Shown here: piece by piece, positions 25,941 to 38,751 of the stretch
Layout: every line of letters begins with the position of its first letter
Position numbering within the stretch: the stretch's first letter is position 1
Source of the DNA: Centroscyllium fabricii
Lineage: Eukaryota
NCBI GenBank assembly: GCA_051313645.2
Contig: JBNRSN020000004.1
Span: 300,948,001 to 301,012,000 of the forward strand
DNA: 64,000 bases
Direction of reading: 5' to 3'
Program-made: the position numbers and the translations under genes
Notes under the pieces: generated by a model
The model's database searches: none
What the model was told of the DNA's origin: nothing
Seen by the model: the letters and a program-made list of their open reading frames with translations, nothing else

Positions 25941-26243
25941 TGATCCACGATCAATCACAATGAGTCGATGAGATTAAGTAATTGAGGCTTTAATTAACTA
26001 AGAACAGGAGTACAGGTCTTATCGCTATCTGGTCCTGGAATGCCATGAGGTCAACACGGCTGCCACCTTTATACTACAGTCTGTGGGTGGAGCCCGGAGG
26101 CGGAGCTGGCTGAGGCATCCCAGGTAGATACCGGTGGGGACAAGAGGTAACAAGGAGATAACTATATACAGCACAGTAAGTAACAAGGAGATAACTATAT
26201 ACAGCACAGTATTAGTGGGAAACAGTATTACTGGTTTACCACA
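25941..26243 (-). mobile_element. Solo LTR (antisense), related to 20780-21047
   Basis: TG...CA termini, shared GGTTTACCACA end, 5-bp TSD GGCAT. Confidence 0.82.
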
Positions 26244-27719
26244 GGCATTGACTATGAACCCTCTGTGGACTTGTGCAAAAATTGGGAAAGCTGTCTCACA
26301 GACTAGTCATACTCACAGAATCATACTTTTCAGTCAATATCCCAAACTCTTCCATCATCATCCCACCGGCAGGACAGACCCATCAGGGGTGGCGGCATAG
26401 AAGGAGTGGCCCTAGGATCCTCAACATTGACTTCAGACCATGAAGTCTCATGGCTTCAGGTCAAGCATGGACAAGGAAACCTCCTGCCGATTACCCTCCC
26501 TCAGCTGATGAATCAGTACTCCTCCATGTTGAACACCACTTGGAAGAAGCACGGAGAGTAGCAAGGGCACAGAATGTACTTTGGGTGGGGGACTGGGGGA
26601 CTTCAATGTCCATCACCAAGAGTGGCTCAGTAGCACCACTGAAGGACATAGCTGCCAGTCTGGGCCTGCAACAGGTGGTAAGAGAACCAACACGAGGGAG
26701 AAACCTACTTGACCTCGGTCCTCACCAATCTACCTGTCGCAGATGCATCTGTCCATGACAGTATTGGTAGCGGTGACCACCGCACAGTCATTGTGGAGAT
26801 GAAGTACCGTCTTCACACTGAGGACACCGTCCATCGAGTTGTGTGACACTACCACCGTGCTAAATGGGGTAGATTCAGAACAGATCTCGCAGCTCAAAAC
26901 TGGGCATCCATGAGGCGTTGTGGGCCATCAGCAGCAGCAGAATTGTATTCCACCACAATCTGCAACCTCATGGCCTGGCATATCCCTCACTCTACCATTA
27001 CCATCAAGCCAGGGGACCAACCCTGGTTCAATAAGGAGTGTAGAAGAGCATGCCAGGAGCAGCACCAGGTGTACCTAAAAATGAGGTGCCAACCTAGGGA
27101 AGCTGTAACACAGGACTACATGCAGGCTAAAAAGTGGAAGCAGCATGCAAAAGATAGAGCTAAGCGATCCCACAATCAACGGATCAGATCAAAGCTCTGT
27201 AGTCTTGCCACATCCAGTCGTGAATGGTGCTGGACCATTAAACAACTAACGGGAGAAGGAGGCTCCATGAATATCCTCATCCTCAATGATGGTGGAGCCC
27301 AGCAACTGAGTGCAAAAGACAAAGCTGAACCGTTTGCAACCATCTTCAGCCAGAAGTGCCAAGTGGTTGATCCATATCGACCTACTCTTGAGGTACCCAC
27401 CATCAAAGAAGTCAGTCTTCAGCCAAACCTATCCACTCCACATGATATAAAGAAACAGCTGAGCGGATACAGCAAAGGTTGTGGACCCCAACAACATCCC
27501 GACTGTCGCGCTGAAGACTTGTGCTCCAGAACTGGCCACGCCTCTAGCCAAGCTGTTCTAGTACAGCTACAACACTGGCATCTACCCGACAATGTGGAAA
27601 ACTACCCAGGTATGTCCTGTCCTGTCCACAAAAGGCAGGACAAATCCAATCTGGCCAATTGCCACCCTTCAGTCTACTCTCAATCATCAGCAAAGTGATG
27701 GAATGTGTCATCACAGTGC

Positions 27720-27966
27720 TGACGACACAAACGTTTGCTGACAACACAAAACTAGGTGGGATTGTTTGTTGTGGGGAAGATGCAAAGAGGCTTGAAGGCG
27801 TTTTAGACAAGTTGAGTGAGTGGGCAACTACATGGCGGATGCAGTATAACATGGATAAATGTGATTCACCAATAACTTGCTCACTGGCTTCATTGGCTGT
27901 AAAGCGCTTTGAAACGTCTGGTTGTCGTGAAAGGTTTTATATAAATGCAAGTCTTTCTTTCTTTCT
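27720..27966 (+). mobile_element. Short CR1 RT fragment plus SINE/L2-type 3' tail inserted in the LINE
   Basis: FADNTKLGG...WRMQYNMDKC, then aaagcgctttg...tatataaatgcaagtctttctttc. Confidence 0.6.
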
Positions 27967-29011
27967 GATGCCCACTTTGGATTCCGCCAAGACCACTCGG
28001 CTCCCAACCTCATTACACCCTTGGTCCAAATATGGATAAAGGAGCTGAATTCCAGAGGTGAGGTGAGAGTGACTGCCCTTGACATCAAGGTGGCATTTGA
28101 CCGGGTGTGGCATCAAGGAACCCTGGTAAAACTGAAGTCAATGGAAATCAGAGGGAAAACTCTCCACTGTCTGGAGTCATACCTGGCACCAAGGAAGATG
28201 ATTGTGGTATTGAAGGTCAATCATCACAGCCCCAGGACATTGCTGCAGGAGTTCCTCAGGGCAGTGTCCTAGGCCCAACCATCTTCAGCTGCTTCATCAA
28301 TGACCTTCCCTCCAACATACGGTTAGAAATGGGGATGTTTGCTGATGACTGCACTGTGTTCAGCGCCATTCACAACTCCTCAGATAATGAAGCAGTCCAT
28401 GCCCGCATGGAACAAGACCTGGACGACGTTTAGGCTTGGGCTGATAAGTGGCAGGTAACATTCACGTCACACAAGTGCCAAGCAATGACTATCTCCAACA
28501 AGCGAGAGTCTAACCACCACCACTTGACATTCAACGGCATTACAATCACCGAATCCCCCACCATGAACATCCTGGGGGTCACCATTGACCAGAAACTTAA
28601 CTGGACCAGCCACATAAATACTGTGGCAACAAGATCAGGTCAGAGGCTAGGTATTCTGCGGCAACTGTCTCACCTCCCGACTCCCCATAGCCTTTCCACC
28701 ATCTACAAGGCACAAGTAAGGTGTATGCTGGAATACTCTCCACTTGCCTGGATGAATGCAGCTTCAACAACACTCAAGATGCTTGACACCATCCAGGACA
28801 AAGCAACCCGCTTGATTGGCATCCCATCCACCACCTTAAACATTCACCACCAGCATACCGTGGCTGCAGTTTGTACCATCTACAAGATGCACTACAGCAA
28901 CTCTCCAAGGCTTCTTCGGCAGCGACCTAAACCCACGACCTCTTCCACCCAGAAGGACAAAGGCAGCAGGTGCTTGGGAACACCACCACCTCCAAGTTCC
29001 CCTCCAAGTCA

Positions 29012-29378
29012 CATAGAAACTAGGAGCAGGAGTAGGCCATTCGGCCCTTCAATGAGATCATGGCTGATCATCCAAACCCAGCACCCCACCCCTGCCCTCT
29101 CCCCACATCCCTATCGAGCCTACATTGACACATATCCCACCCTATCCCCGTAACCCCACCTATTTAATCCCCCTAACAGTAAGGGTCAATTTATCATGGC
29201 CAATCAACCTAACCCGCACATCTTTGGACTGTGGGAGGAAACCGGAGCACTCGGAGGAAACCCACGCAGACACAGGGAGAATGTGCAAACTCCACACAGA
29301 TACTCACCCGAGGCTGGATTTGAACCCGGGTCTCCAGTGCTGTGAGACAACAGTGCTAACCACTGCGCCACCGTGCCG
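29012..29378 (-). mobile_element. HE1-like V-SINE, antisense
   Basis: Reverse complement of the 15672 SINE; GTCACATA repeated at both junctions. Confidence 0.88.
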
Positions 29379-30514
29379 TCACATATCATCCTGACTTGGA
29401 AGTATATCGCCGATTCTTCATCGTCGCTGGGTAAACATCCTGGAACTCCCTACCTAATGGCACTGTGGGAGAACCTTCACCACATGGGCTGCAGCAGTTC
29501 AAGAAGGCAGCTCACTACCACCTTCTCAAGGGCAATTAGGGATGGGCAATAAATGCTGGCCTTGCCAGCGACTCTCCCATCCGATAAACGAATAAAATTC
29601 GTTGACATCACTGGCATATCAATTTTTTTTTAAGGGTCAATCGCTCCCTTGTAAAGGGGGACTGATTTTCTGGTAACACTTGTATTTTTGGCTAAGACCC
29701 ATGCCTGGTCCCTCTGGCTACTGGCTTGTTTGGCAAATTAATGCAGACGTACTGGCTGCTTTGCATAAACCAGGCTGAGAATGATGAAATTCCTGACATC
29801 AGGGGCTATTTTTGGGGCAGATGGAAGTTCTGTCTCAAACAAGCCCCCACAGAAACTACCAACAAAGGCTGAGAGCTGTTGGATCCGCATCTTAATACAA
29901 TTTCTGGCATCTCCAAAGCACTTCCATGGGACTTACCAGTGTGGCCAATAGCCCTGCAGATTAGTAAAATAATGTTTATTTAACTTAACTGTTATTGACC
30001 AGGATTGCATGCTGACAAGCACTCTGGTTGGTTTTTGTTTGAGTCAAACATACTTATTTAAATATGGTAGTACTTGTTACAACTCATCAATTACATAATT
30101 AATCCATTACATTCATAAAACAAAGCCTTAAAACAGCTTTAGGGCTAACAGTATAAATGCAATGGTAAATTTTACAGATAAATCAATAATATTAACAGTA
30201 CAAGTACCTACAGTGAAAAACAATTTTACGCCAGTTCTATTGGCAATCTCGTGACTCCTCTTTTTGACTTGGTATTATCTAACCATGTAATATCATAGTC
30301 CTTATACATGGTCTTCAGCTTTTCCACGGAAACGGACTCCGGTTGTTGAATCTGCAGTATATTGCTTTGTACTAGTGTTTGGTTCACTGCCACCTCTCTT
30401 CTAGGAATGCCCACCTTGAAGAAGTTCTGCTCTTCTCTTCGACGGGATCTCAGTTTGGCTCTTCAACCTTGTTCATCTTCATTGCTTTCAGTTTCCCTTC
30501 TCGTGTTTGTTCTT

Positions 30515-30690
30515 TCATCTCCTCCCCCACTTCCTAGCCCCCGACTTGCTTTCTCATCTGTTTCATTTCCTGCTTTTCTCTCAGTTCTGAAGAAGGGTTT
30601 CGACCTGAAACGTTAACTCTGTTTCTCTCTCCACGGATATTGCCTGGCCTGCTGAGTTTTTCCAGCTTTTTCGGTTGTTATTTCTGGTTG
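30515..30690 (+). mobile_element. Penelope-like element terminal fragment with minimal hammerhead ribozyme motif
   Basis: CTGAAGA-AGGGTTTCGACCT-GAAACGTTA at 30587-30615 in a pyrimidine-rich PLE-type end. Confidence 0.6.
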
Positions 30691-30891
30691 TTGAGGTACT
30701 TACTGACTTGCCTTTGACTCTCTGCACTCGTACTCCCACTGCACACTGAACCTGAGACGCTGACTTCAGGCAGCCAGCTGTGCTGGACCCTCACCTTGCT
30801 GTCCACCTTGTGATTGGCAGGCCTGTCCAGCCACTGACGTGCATCGGGAGGGTCCTGCCTTCTCCTCGCACCGATTGGCTGAAGAACCCTG

Positions 30892-31054
30892 ATGTGGAGG
30901 TGCCGGTGTTGGACTGGGGTAGACAATTGTAAGAAGTCACACAACACCAGGTTATAGTCTAACAGTCTTATTTGAAATCACAAGCTGCGCTCCGAAAGCT
31001 TGTGATTTCAAATAAAACTGTTGTTATAACCTGGTGTTGTGTGACTTCTTACAA
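30892..31054. repeat. Palindromic insertion (about 128-bp inverted repeat), probably Penelope-derived
   Basis: Arms ttgtaagaagtcacacaacaccaggttata...cacaagct and agcttgtg...tataacctggtgttgtgtgacttcttacaa; 13-bp flanking direct repeat CTGAAGAACCCTG. Confidence 0.8.
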
Positions 31055-31552
31055 CTGAAGAACCCTGGTTGGGAAAGCCTGCAGTATAGGATTTGTGTCT
31101 GCGGCCTGTTTATTTAACTGTGTGACCCTTTCAAGAGTGCTGCGTGACCACGCATGCACGCAGCTTAGGGGGAACATTTCAACAGACCTATGAGTAGCTG
31201 TAAGGCATGTGTGCATGCAATGGATGCAGTACATTCAGTGAGGGATAATAAGCAGGTAGATGCATCACAATTAGCAATGGCATGCATTTGAGGAACGTGT
31301 TGACAGTGCCATTTGAGGGCATGTGCTGAGAATCGGAGGAGCTGACTGAGGTAATATCACATTACATAAGGATTGGGGTGAGTGGCAGTGGTGAATGGAG
31401 GAAAGGGGAAGGTGAGGAAGTGCATTGAAACGGAATAATAAATGCTGCTGAAACTTAGGGGGGTATGAGGAGTGATGTGAATGTAGTACGCTTGACAAGA
31501 CAGAGTGAGACCAGGGGTGCACTACAGGATGTAGGTGAATCTGCAACTTTGC

Positions 31553-31790
31553 TCACCTTTCGTGACCTGGTTAGGGCATTAAAATGCTTCCTGCACCGGA
31601 TCCAAGTCTTCTTAATAACGCTCCTGCTGCTCACCTCTCAGGTCACCTCAAGACTCCTCTTTGTTGTGGCTGCAGGTTTCTTTTTCCCATTGCTCGGAAA
31701 CAGGACCTCTTTCTCACCCTTACTGCACCCCGCAGTACGCCCAGGAACACCTCATTGAATCTGGGGTGAGCCTTTGTCCTCCTTGCTTCC
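31553..31790 (-). pseudogene. Myb/SANT-like DNA-binding exon remnant of a Harbinger/PIF transposon
   Basis: Frameshifted PRFNEVFLGVL..VRVRKEVLFPSNGKK...EVSSRSVIKKTWIRCRKHFNAL followed by donor AAG|GTGAGC. Confidence 0.6.
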
Positions 31791-32800
31791 ATTTTTCTCC
31801 TTGTACTGAACTGAACATTAAACACAATCCACAAAACTCCATCCTCCTCCATCATTGCACCTGTGAATTGGGTCTTCAAATTATTCAGGTGAAACCAGGC
31901 CCTGTCATGCACAGTAGAGATGCAAGACCCAAAATTAAAATGATAAAGAGGTATCCCTGTTGAAATCGGACATTCCCGCGTATCCCACGATCTTGTTCAT
32001 TTGTCGCCTGCCATGTCTCCCACCTGCCCTCCTTTGCACTGATTCCGACTCCGCGTTAATATTGGGGTCAGTATGTAAGGGAGTGAAACAGACATTTTTC
32101 AAAAAACAGAAAGAAAGCTACCAGAAGTAGTCACCTATGTAAATAATCAGACGTTTATACCAACTTTTACACTAAATTCTGGACAAATTACCTGAATCTT
32201 TTTCTCCTTTGATTGATTGTTCTGCAGGGTTTTCATTATATTGTTTGTTGCATTTTCCCTCCATTCGGGGCCACCATCTGCAGAGCAGCTGTTTCATCAT
32301 CCATTGCATGTGGTTGCCCTTCTAAATCTGAATTGCTTGATCACACAACCTGGCATCAGTATGAGCGATCAAGCAATTCAGGGGACAGTGGCCAACAAAT
32401 AACTTGCATACCATTTCAGGGGCATACTACAGGCACTACCTGATTGGTCCAGGTCAGGCAACATGATCAAGATTTGAGCATGTCAAATGTCTATTCTGGC
32501 TTTACAAGTTGCATTGCAATAATGTCCTTAATAGTTGCATGAATATGTGTGATGATGTTTTCATAGAATGGAAACTTTTAGGATTCTTACAGGGCTTTTA
32601 AGGATTATGCAGTGCTGTCAGTAGCTATGACTTGCTATCATACCCATTGGTAAGCCTGTAATTTTCATGAATTATGTCATATCTCTAGAATACTTTGGGC
32701 AAATCGAATTTATTTTAATAAATAAGTCACACATTAACCCTGGCTATCTCTAGGGAGAGCTTGTTGGAAATATGAAGTGGCTGGAGAGCACGAGACTTCA

Positions 32801-33085
32801 GCGACTGATTTAAAGGTGAGCGGGGGCCCACGGGAGCGGCTGATTTAAAGGTGAGCAGGGGCTCACGGGAGAGGCTGATTTAAAGGTGAGCGGGGGCCCA
32901 CGGGAGAGGCTGATTTAAAGGTGAGCAGGGGCCCACGGGAGAGGCTGATTTAAAGGTGAGCGGGGGCCTACGGGAGCGGCTGATTTAAAGGTGAGCTGGG
33001 GCCCACGGGAGAGGCTGATTTAAAGGTGAGCAGGGGCCCACGGGAGCGGCTGATTTAAAGGTGAGCAGGGGGCCACGGGAGCGGC
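32801..33085 (+). repeat. 35-bp tandem repeat x8
   Basis: gcggctgatttaaaggtgagcgggggcccacggga units at 35-bp spacing. Confidence 0.95.
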
Positions 33086-36000
33086 TACAACAGACCGGTG
33101 AGTGTAAGGAAGTAAAAAGTAATCGAAGTGTGATGTCACCAGAAACCAGGTAAGTGATTGGTTGGTGAGTATTCCTCTATTTCTCGCATTTTCCAAAGTT
33201 GGCTGTCTAAATTTAAGTGCCTGGGTGTAGAATAAAAGATATACGTTTTCCAAATTTAAAAAACTAATTAATTAATTCATTGAGATGGGAGACCAGACAA
33301 CGTGTTGTTGTTGTTGCATGTGGGAGCTGGTGGACATCGTTGAGGGCCACGGCGACCACATCTGCAGCAAATGTTGGCTACTCGAGGAACTTCGGCTTAG
33401 AGTTGATGAGCTGGAGTCCGAGCTTCAGACATAGGGAGGGGGACCATTACCTGGACACTAAGTTCCAGGAGGCAGTCACACCCAGTAGAGTAATTACTTC
33501 CAATTTGGCCCATGATCAGGGACAGGTGGGTGTGACTACAAGCGAGTCAGGTATTGGGATCCAGGAGGAAGTGATGGAGGAGCCTCAGCCCTCGGCCTTG
33601 TCTAACAGGTATGAGATTCTTGCTCCCTCTGTGGACGAGGGCAGGGACTGCAGGGAGGATGAGCAATCTGACCACAGTACCATGGTACAGGGAGCCATTC
33701 AAGTGAGGGTGAGTTAAAAGAAATGTTGTAGTGATAGGGGACAGTATAATTAGGGGTATAGATACTGTTCTCTGCAGCCGAGAGCATGAGTCCCGAAGGC
33801 TGTGTTGCCTGCCAGGTGCCAGGGTTAGGGACATCTGCTCTGGGCTGGAGAGGAACTTGGAGTGGGAGGGGGAAGATCCAATTGTTATGGTCCATGTAGG
33901 TTCCAATGACATAGGTAGGACAAAGAAAGAGGTTCTGCTGAGGGAGTATGAGCAGCAAGGGGCAAAATTAAAAAGCAGAACCACAAAGGTAATAATCTCT
34001 GGATTACTACTTGAGCCGCGGTAAATATGATCAGAGAAATGAATGAGTGGCTCAAAGACTGGTGTGGGAGAAATGGGTTTCGATTTGTGGGGCACTGGCA
34101 GCAGTACTGGGATAAGAGGGAGCTGTTCCATTTGGACGGGCTTCACTTGAACTATGCGGGGGCTAGAGTCCTGGCGAATCAAATAACTAGGGTTGTAGAG
34201 AGTGTTTTAAACTAAAGTGGGGGGGATATTCCAGGTGAGCGGGAATTTAAAAAGTCAATGAGAAATGAGAAAACAATAGAGCTGGATAGAAATGAGGGAA
34301 ATAATAACCAGAGTATGACAGGAAGGGACAGAGAGGTAAAAATTGGGTAGCGCTCCCTTTGGGGAACAACAGTAGCAATATTGTTGGACAGAATATAAAT
34401 CAACAAATAATGGAGGTCTTTAAAAAAGGTATGGTAATAATCATGGGTGATCTTAATCTCCATGTTGATTGGACGAATCAAATTGGCCATGGTAGCCTTG
34501 AGGAGGAGTTCATAAGAGTGTATCCGGGATGGTTTACTAGAACAGTATGTAATGGAACCAACCAGAGAGCAGGCTATCTTGGATCTGGTACTGTGTAATG
34601 AGATAGAATTAATAAATGATCTCATAGTAAAAGATCCTCTCGGAAAGAGTGATCATAACATGGTTGAATTTCAAATTCGGTTGGAGGGTGAGAAAATTGT
34701 ATCTCAAACCAGTGTCCTAATTTTAAACAAAGGCAATTACAATGGCATGAGGACAGAATTGGCTAAAGTGGACTGGAAAAATAAATTAAAAGTTAAGACA
34801 GTTGAAACGCAGTGTTGGACATTTAAGGAGATATTTCATAACTCTCAACAAAATTATATTCCAGTGAGAAAGAAAGATTTTAAGAGAAGGGAGCACTATC
34901 CGTTGCTAACTAAGGAAGTAAAGGATGGTATCAAATTGAAAACGAAGGCATACAATGTTGCGAAGGTTGGTGGGAAGACAGAGGATTGGGAAACTTTTAA
35001 AAACCAGCAAAGGATGACTAAAAAAATAAGAGAGAGATGAATTATGAGTAAACTGATAAGAAATATTAAAACAGAAAGTTAGAGCTTCTACAGGTATATA
35101 AAAAGGAAGAGAGTAGCTAAAGTAAAAGTTGGTCCCTTAGAGGATGAGAATGGGGAATTAATAATGGTGAACGGGGAAATGGCAGAGACTCTGAACAAAT
35201 ATTTTGTATTTGTCTTCACGATAGAAGACACTAACAACATCCCAATAATGGATAATCAAGGGGCCACAGGGAGGGGGAACTAAAGACAATCACTGTCACT
35301 AAGGAAAAAGTACTTGGTAAAATAATAGGACTAAAAGACGACAAGTCCCCTGGACCTGATGGCCTGCATCCCAGGGTCTTAAAATAAGTGGCTGCAGAGA
35401 TAGTGGGTGCATTGGTTGCAATATACCAAAATTCCCTGGACTCTGGAGAGGTCCTAGCGGATTGGAAAACCGCAAATGTAACACCCCTACTTAAGAAAGG
35501 AGGGAGACAGAAAGCATGAAACTATAGATCAGTTAGCCTGACATCTGTCGTTGAGAAAATGCTGGAGCAGTAGCAGGGCATTTGGAAAATCATAATGCAG
35601 TCAAGCAGAGTCAGCATGGTTTTATGAAAGGGAAATCATGTTTAACAAATTTGCTGGAGTTCTTTGAGGATGTAACGAGCAGGGTGGATAAAAGTGAGCC
35701 AGTGGATGTGGTGTATTTGGATTTCCAGAAGGCATTTGATAAGGTGCCACATAAAAGGTTAATGCATAAGATAAGAGCTCACGGAGTTGGGGGTAATATA
35801 TTAGTATGGATAGAGAATTGGCTAACTAACAGAAAGCAGAGAGTCGGGATAAATGGGTCATTTTTCGGTTGACAAAAGGTAACTAGTGGGGTGCCACAGA
35901 GATCAGTGCTGGGGTCTCAACTATTTACAATCTACATGAATGACTTGGATGAAGGGACCGAGTGTAATGTAGCCAAGTTTGCAGATGATACAAAGATGGG

Positions 36001-36188
36001 TGGGAAAGCAAGTTGAGCAGAGGACTCACAAGAATCTGCAAATTGATATAGACAGGCTAAGTGAGTGGGCAAACATTTGGCAGATGGAGTATAATGTGGG
36101 AAAGTGCAAGGTTATCCACTTTGGCAGGAAAAATGAAAAAGCAAATTATTATTTAAATGGAGATTACAAAATGCTACAGTTCAGAAGG

Positions 36189-36553
36189 ACACAGAAACAC
36201 AGAAGATAGGAGCAGGAGTAGGCCATTCGAGCCTGCTCCGCCATTTGACGAGATCATGGCTGATCATCCAAACCCAGTACCCCCCGTCCTACCCTCTCCC
36301 CACATCCCCCGACACCCTTAACTCCAAGAACTATATCTCACACACATACTCATGGGCAATTTTTAGTATCTCCAATTCACCTAACCTGCATGTCTTTGGG
36401 TGGTGGGAGGAAATCAGAGTACCCGGAGGAAACCCACACGAACACGGGGAGAACATTCAAACTCCATGCAGAGGTGTCCCGGGCCAAGCAGGATTTGAAC
36501 CCAGGAGCTCCTTATTGCGAGGCAGCAGTGCTAACCACTGCACCACCATGTCG
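36189..36553 (-). mobile_element. HE1-like V-SINE, antisense, inside CR1 ORF2
   Basis: Reverse tRNA head (gcagtgctaaccactgcaccacc), V-domain, CR1 tail. Confidence 0.82.
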
Positions 36554-38751
36554 ATTTGGGCATGAAACACAAAAAGTTAGCATGCAAGTACAGAAAGTAA
36601 TCAAAAAGGCAAATGGAATGTTGGCCTTTATTGCAAGGATGTTGGAGTATAAAAGTAGGGAAGTCCTGCTACAACTGTACCAGGTATTGGTGAGACCACA
36701 CCTTGAGTACTGCATACAGTTTTGGTCTCCTTATTCAAGGAAGGATATATTTGCATTGGAGGCAGTTCAGAGACGATGCACATGGTTGATTCCTGAGATG
36801 AGGGGGTTGACTTGTGAAGAAAGGTTCAGCAGGTTGGGCCTATACTCATTGGAATTTAGAAGAATGAGAGTTGATCTTCTTGCAACATATAAGATACCGA
36901 GGGGGCTCGACAAGGTAGATGCAGAGAGGATGTTTCCTCTCGTGGGGAAATCTAGAACTAGGGGGCATAGTTTCAGAATAAAGGGTCGCCCTTTTAGAAC
37001 TGAGATGTGAGGGAATTTCTTCTCTCACAGGGGTAAATCTGTGGCATTCTCTGCCCCAGAGAGCCGTGGAGGCTGGGTCATTAAATACATTGAAGGTGGA
37101 GATAGATTTTTGCAAGATAAGGGAGTGAAGAGTTATGGGGAGCGGGCAGGGAAGTGGCTTTGAGCCCAAGATCAGCCATGATCGTATTGATCAGGCTCAA
37201 GTGGCCTATTCCTGCTTCTATTTCTTATGTTGCTCAGTTCTGATGAGACAATGCTATCTTTACTCCTTCGTTGGCTTCAGTAGAAATGTTGTTAAATAAA
37301 ACAGACTGGCAAGATAATAGAAAGAGAAAAAGCTGGAAACACGCAACAGGGCAGCCAGCATTTCGATTTCTGGATTTGATGAGTCACCAGCCGGCTCTTC
37401 CAGTTCCATATACACACAGACGTGCGGCATTAATCACACTATTTCCCTCTGGGTAGTCCCCAGTTTCGAGCACAGTGTGTCAGTATTTACCAGGGGTTCC
37501 CCTACACGGAAAACTTCTATCAAAGCCTGCCTGAAACGGATCGAGGTCTGCAAACATGCTGCACCCCATGGGCTGGGCTGCCTGGTACATTCTCCCCGGC
37601 CATATCCTAAGGCCAAGGAGCGTGTGTTCCGGACTGGCGAGTGAGTGCACCTGCCCGTTGGACCCCAAATAAAGACGCGCAGTGCCGAAGAACTGAAATA
37701 CTGTCCTTGGATTGGATTTGTTCCAAGTCCCCCGCCTGGGCACATATCTCGTGTGCGTGTGGAGCCCGCGGATAAATACCTGGCTGCGGGCTGTGCACGC
37801 TGAAGTTGCCGGATCAGGGATTCCACAGTCGGCCTGTGCCTCAGTTGTGTGTCGATGGGGTCGGAAACCGATTCTGCGGATCACAAACTGCAAATTGAAA
37901 GGAGAGGAATGAATCTGTGCTGAACCTCCAACATTAGACTGTAAACGGACCTGCCTGTCGTTATTTTGGCGCAGTGATACAAGCCCTGTGTGGGGCTCTT
38001 TAGGGGACTATTCGCAGTACGGTGGCCGTGGATCCAGCCTCATTTTTGTGCAGATATTTCTCCTGATTATCCCACACATCCACCTGTTTTGTTTTCTTCT
38101 GGAGTATTTATTGTCTCTTTTACTCCAAACAGGCCATCAGATTATTAAAGCATGTCACCAAGATTTTACCATCATTAAGAGGTTGTCCACACGCTGTGGT
38201 ACCAGTTGCTAAACGTGTAAGTTGTCTGCAATGCTCAACAAAGGGGGCTCATAAATTCTGGGGAAGCTGTTGTATGACGTTTAAATTCACCCTTGTCCTT
38301 TAACCTGTCCAACATTTTCCAAAGTTCAGACCCGTCGAACAGAAAACACTTTGGCTCGAAATCCATCGGACCATTGAGGCGGGATTGGAGGCGTGTGGGG
38401 GGTTAAAATCGTGAAATGGGGGGCACGAACCCATCCTGCCCCCAACCCACCTCCATGCCCGTTTCCCAGACCTGTGCTGGGAGCCGCCTCCCCGAGGCAG
38501 GAGGTGGATTAGTGCCAATTACCTGCCTGTTAACAAGTAGTTAACAGGCAGTTTTTAGCCTAATCCCTATTTTTATCCCTGAAGTGTGGGATTCCCGATG
38601 GCTCCAAACCACACCAAGTTAGCGAGGCGGACCGTCGGGCTGAAGGGCTTGGAGGGTTCGAGATGTCTGGTGTTCAGGTGAGTAATGGGTGCGTGAGTTC
38701 AGAGGTAAATGTGTTTGTGTGTAAAGTGTTTAAAGAAGTTTTACTTACCTA

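Larger units (their letters stand above)
25591..29597 (+). mobile_element. Decayed LINE (APE plus RT) starting with a tRNA-derived head and lacking an evident ORF1
   Basis: A/B boxes at 25594-25648; EN remnants from about 26260 (WVGD, EPTRG), RT (ALDIKVAFD, GVPQGS, FADD), 3' end ...gggcaataaatgctggcc...aataaaa. Confidence 0.75.
32801..37230 (+). mobile_element. CR1 LINE, decayed, with tandem-repeat 5' end
   Basis: ORF1 fragments 33280-34215 (IGDS, HVGSND, DGLHLN); ORF2 fragments 34359-37010; CR1 tail at about 37225. Confidence 0.9.

Noticed and set aside
31553-31790. Host MSANTD/NAIF1-like gene exon
   Set aside because: Frameshift and stop present; better explained as Harbinger debris
32801-33085. 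35-bp repeat array resembling CRISPR repeat length
   Set aside because: Units are head-to-tail with no unique spacers, in a eukaryotic CR1 5' end with no cas genes
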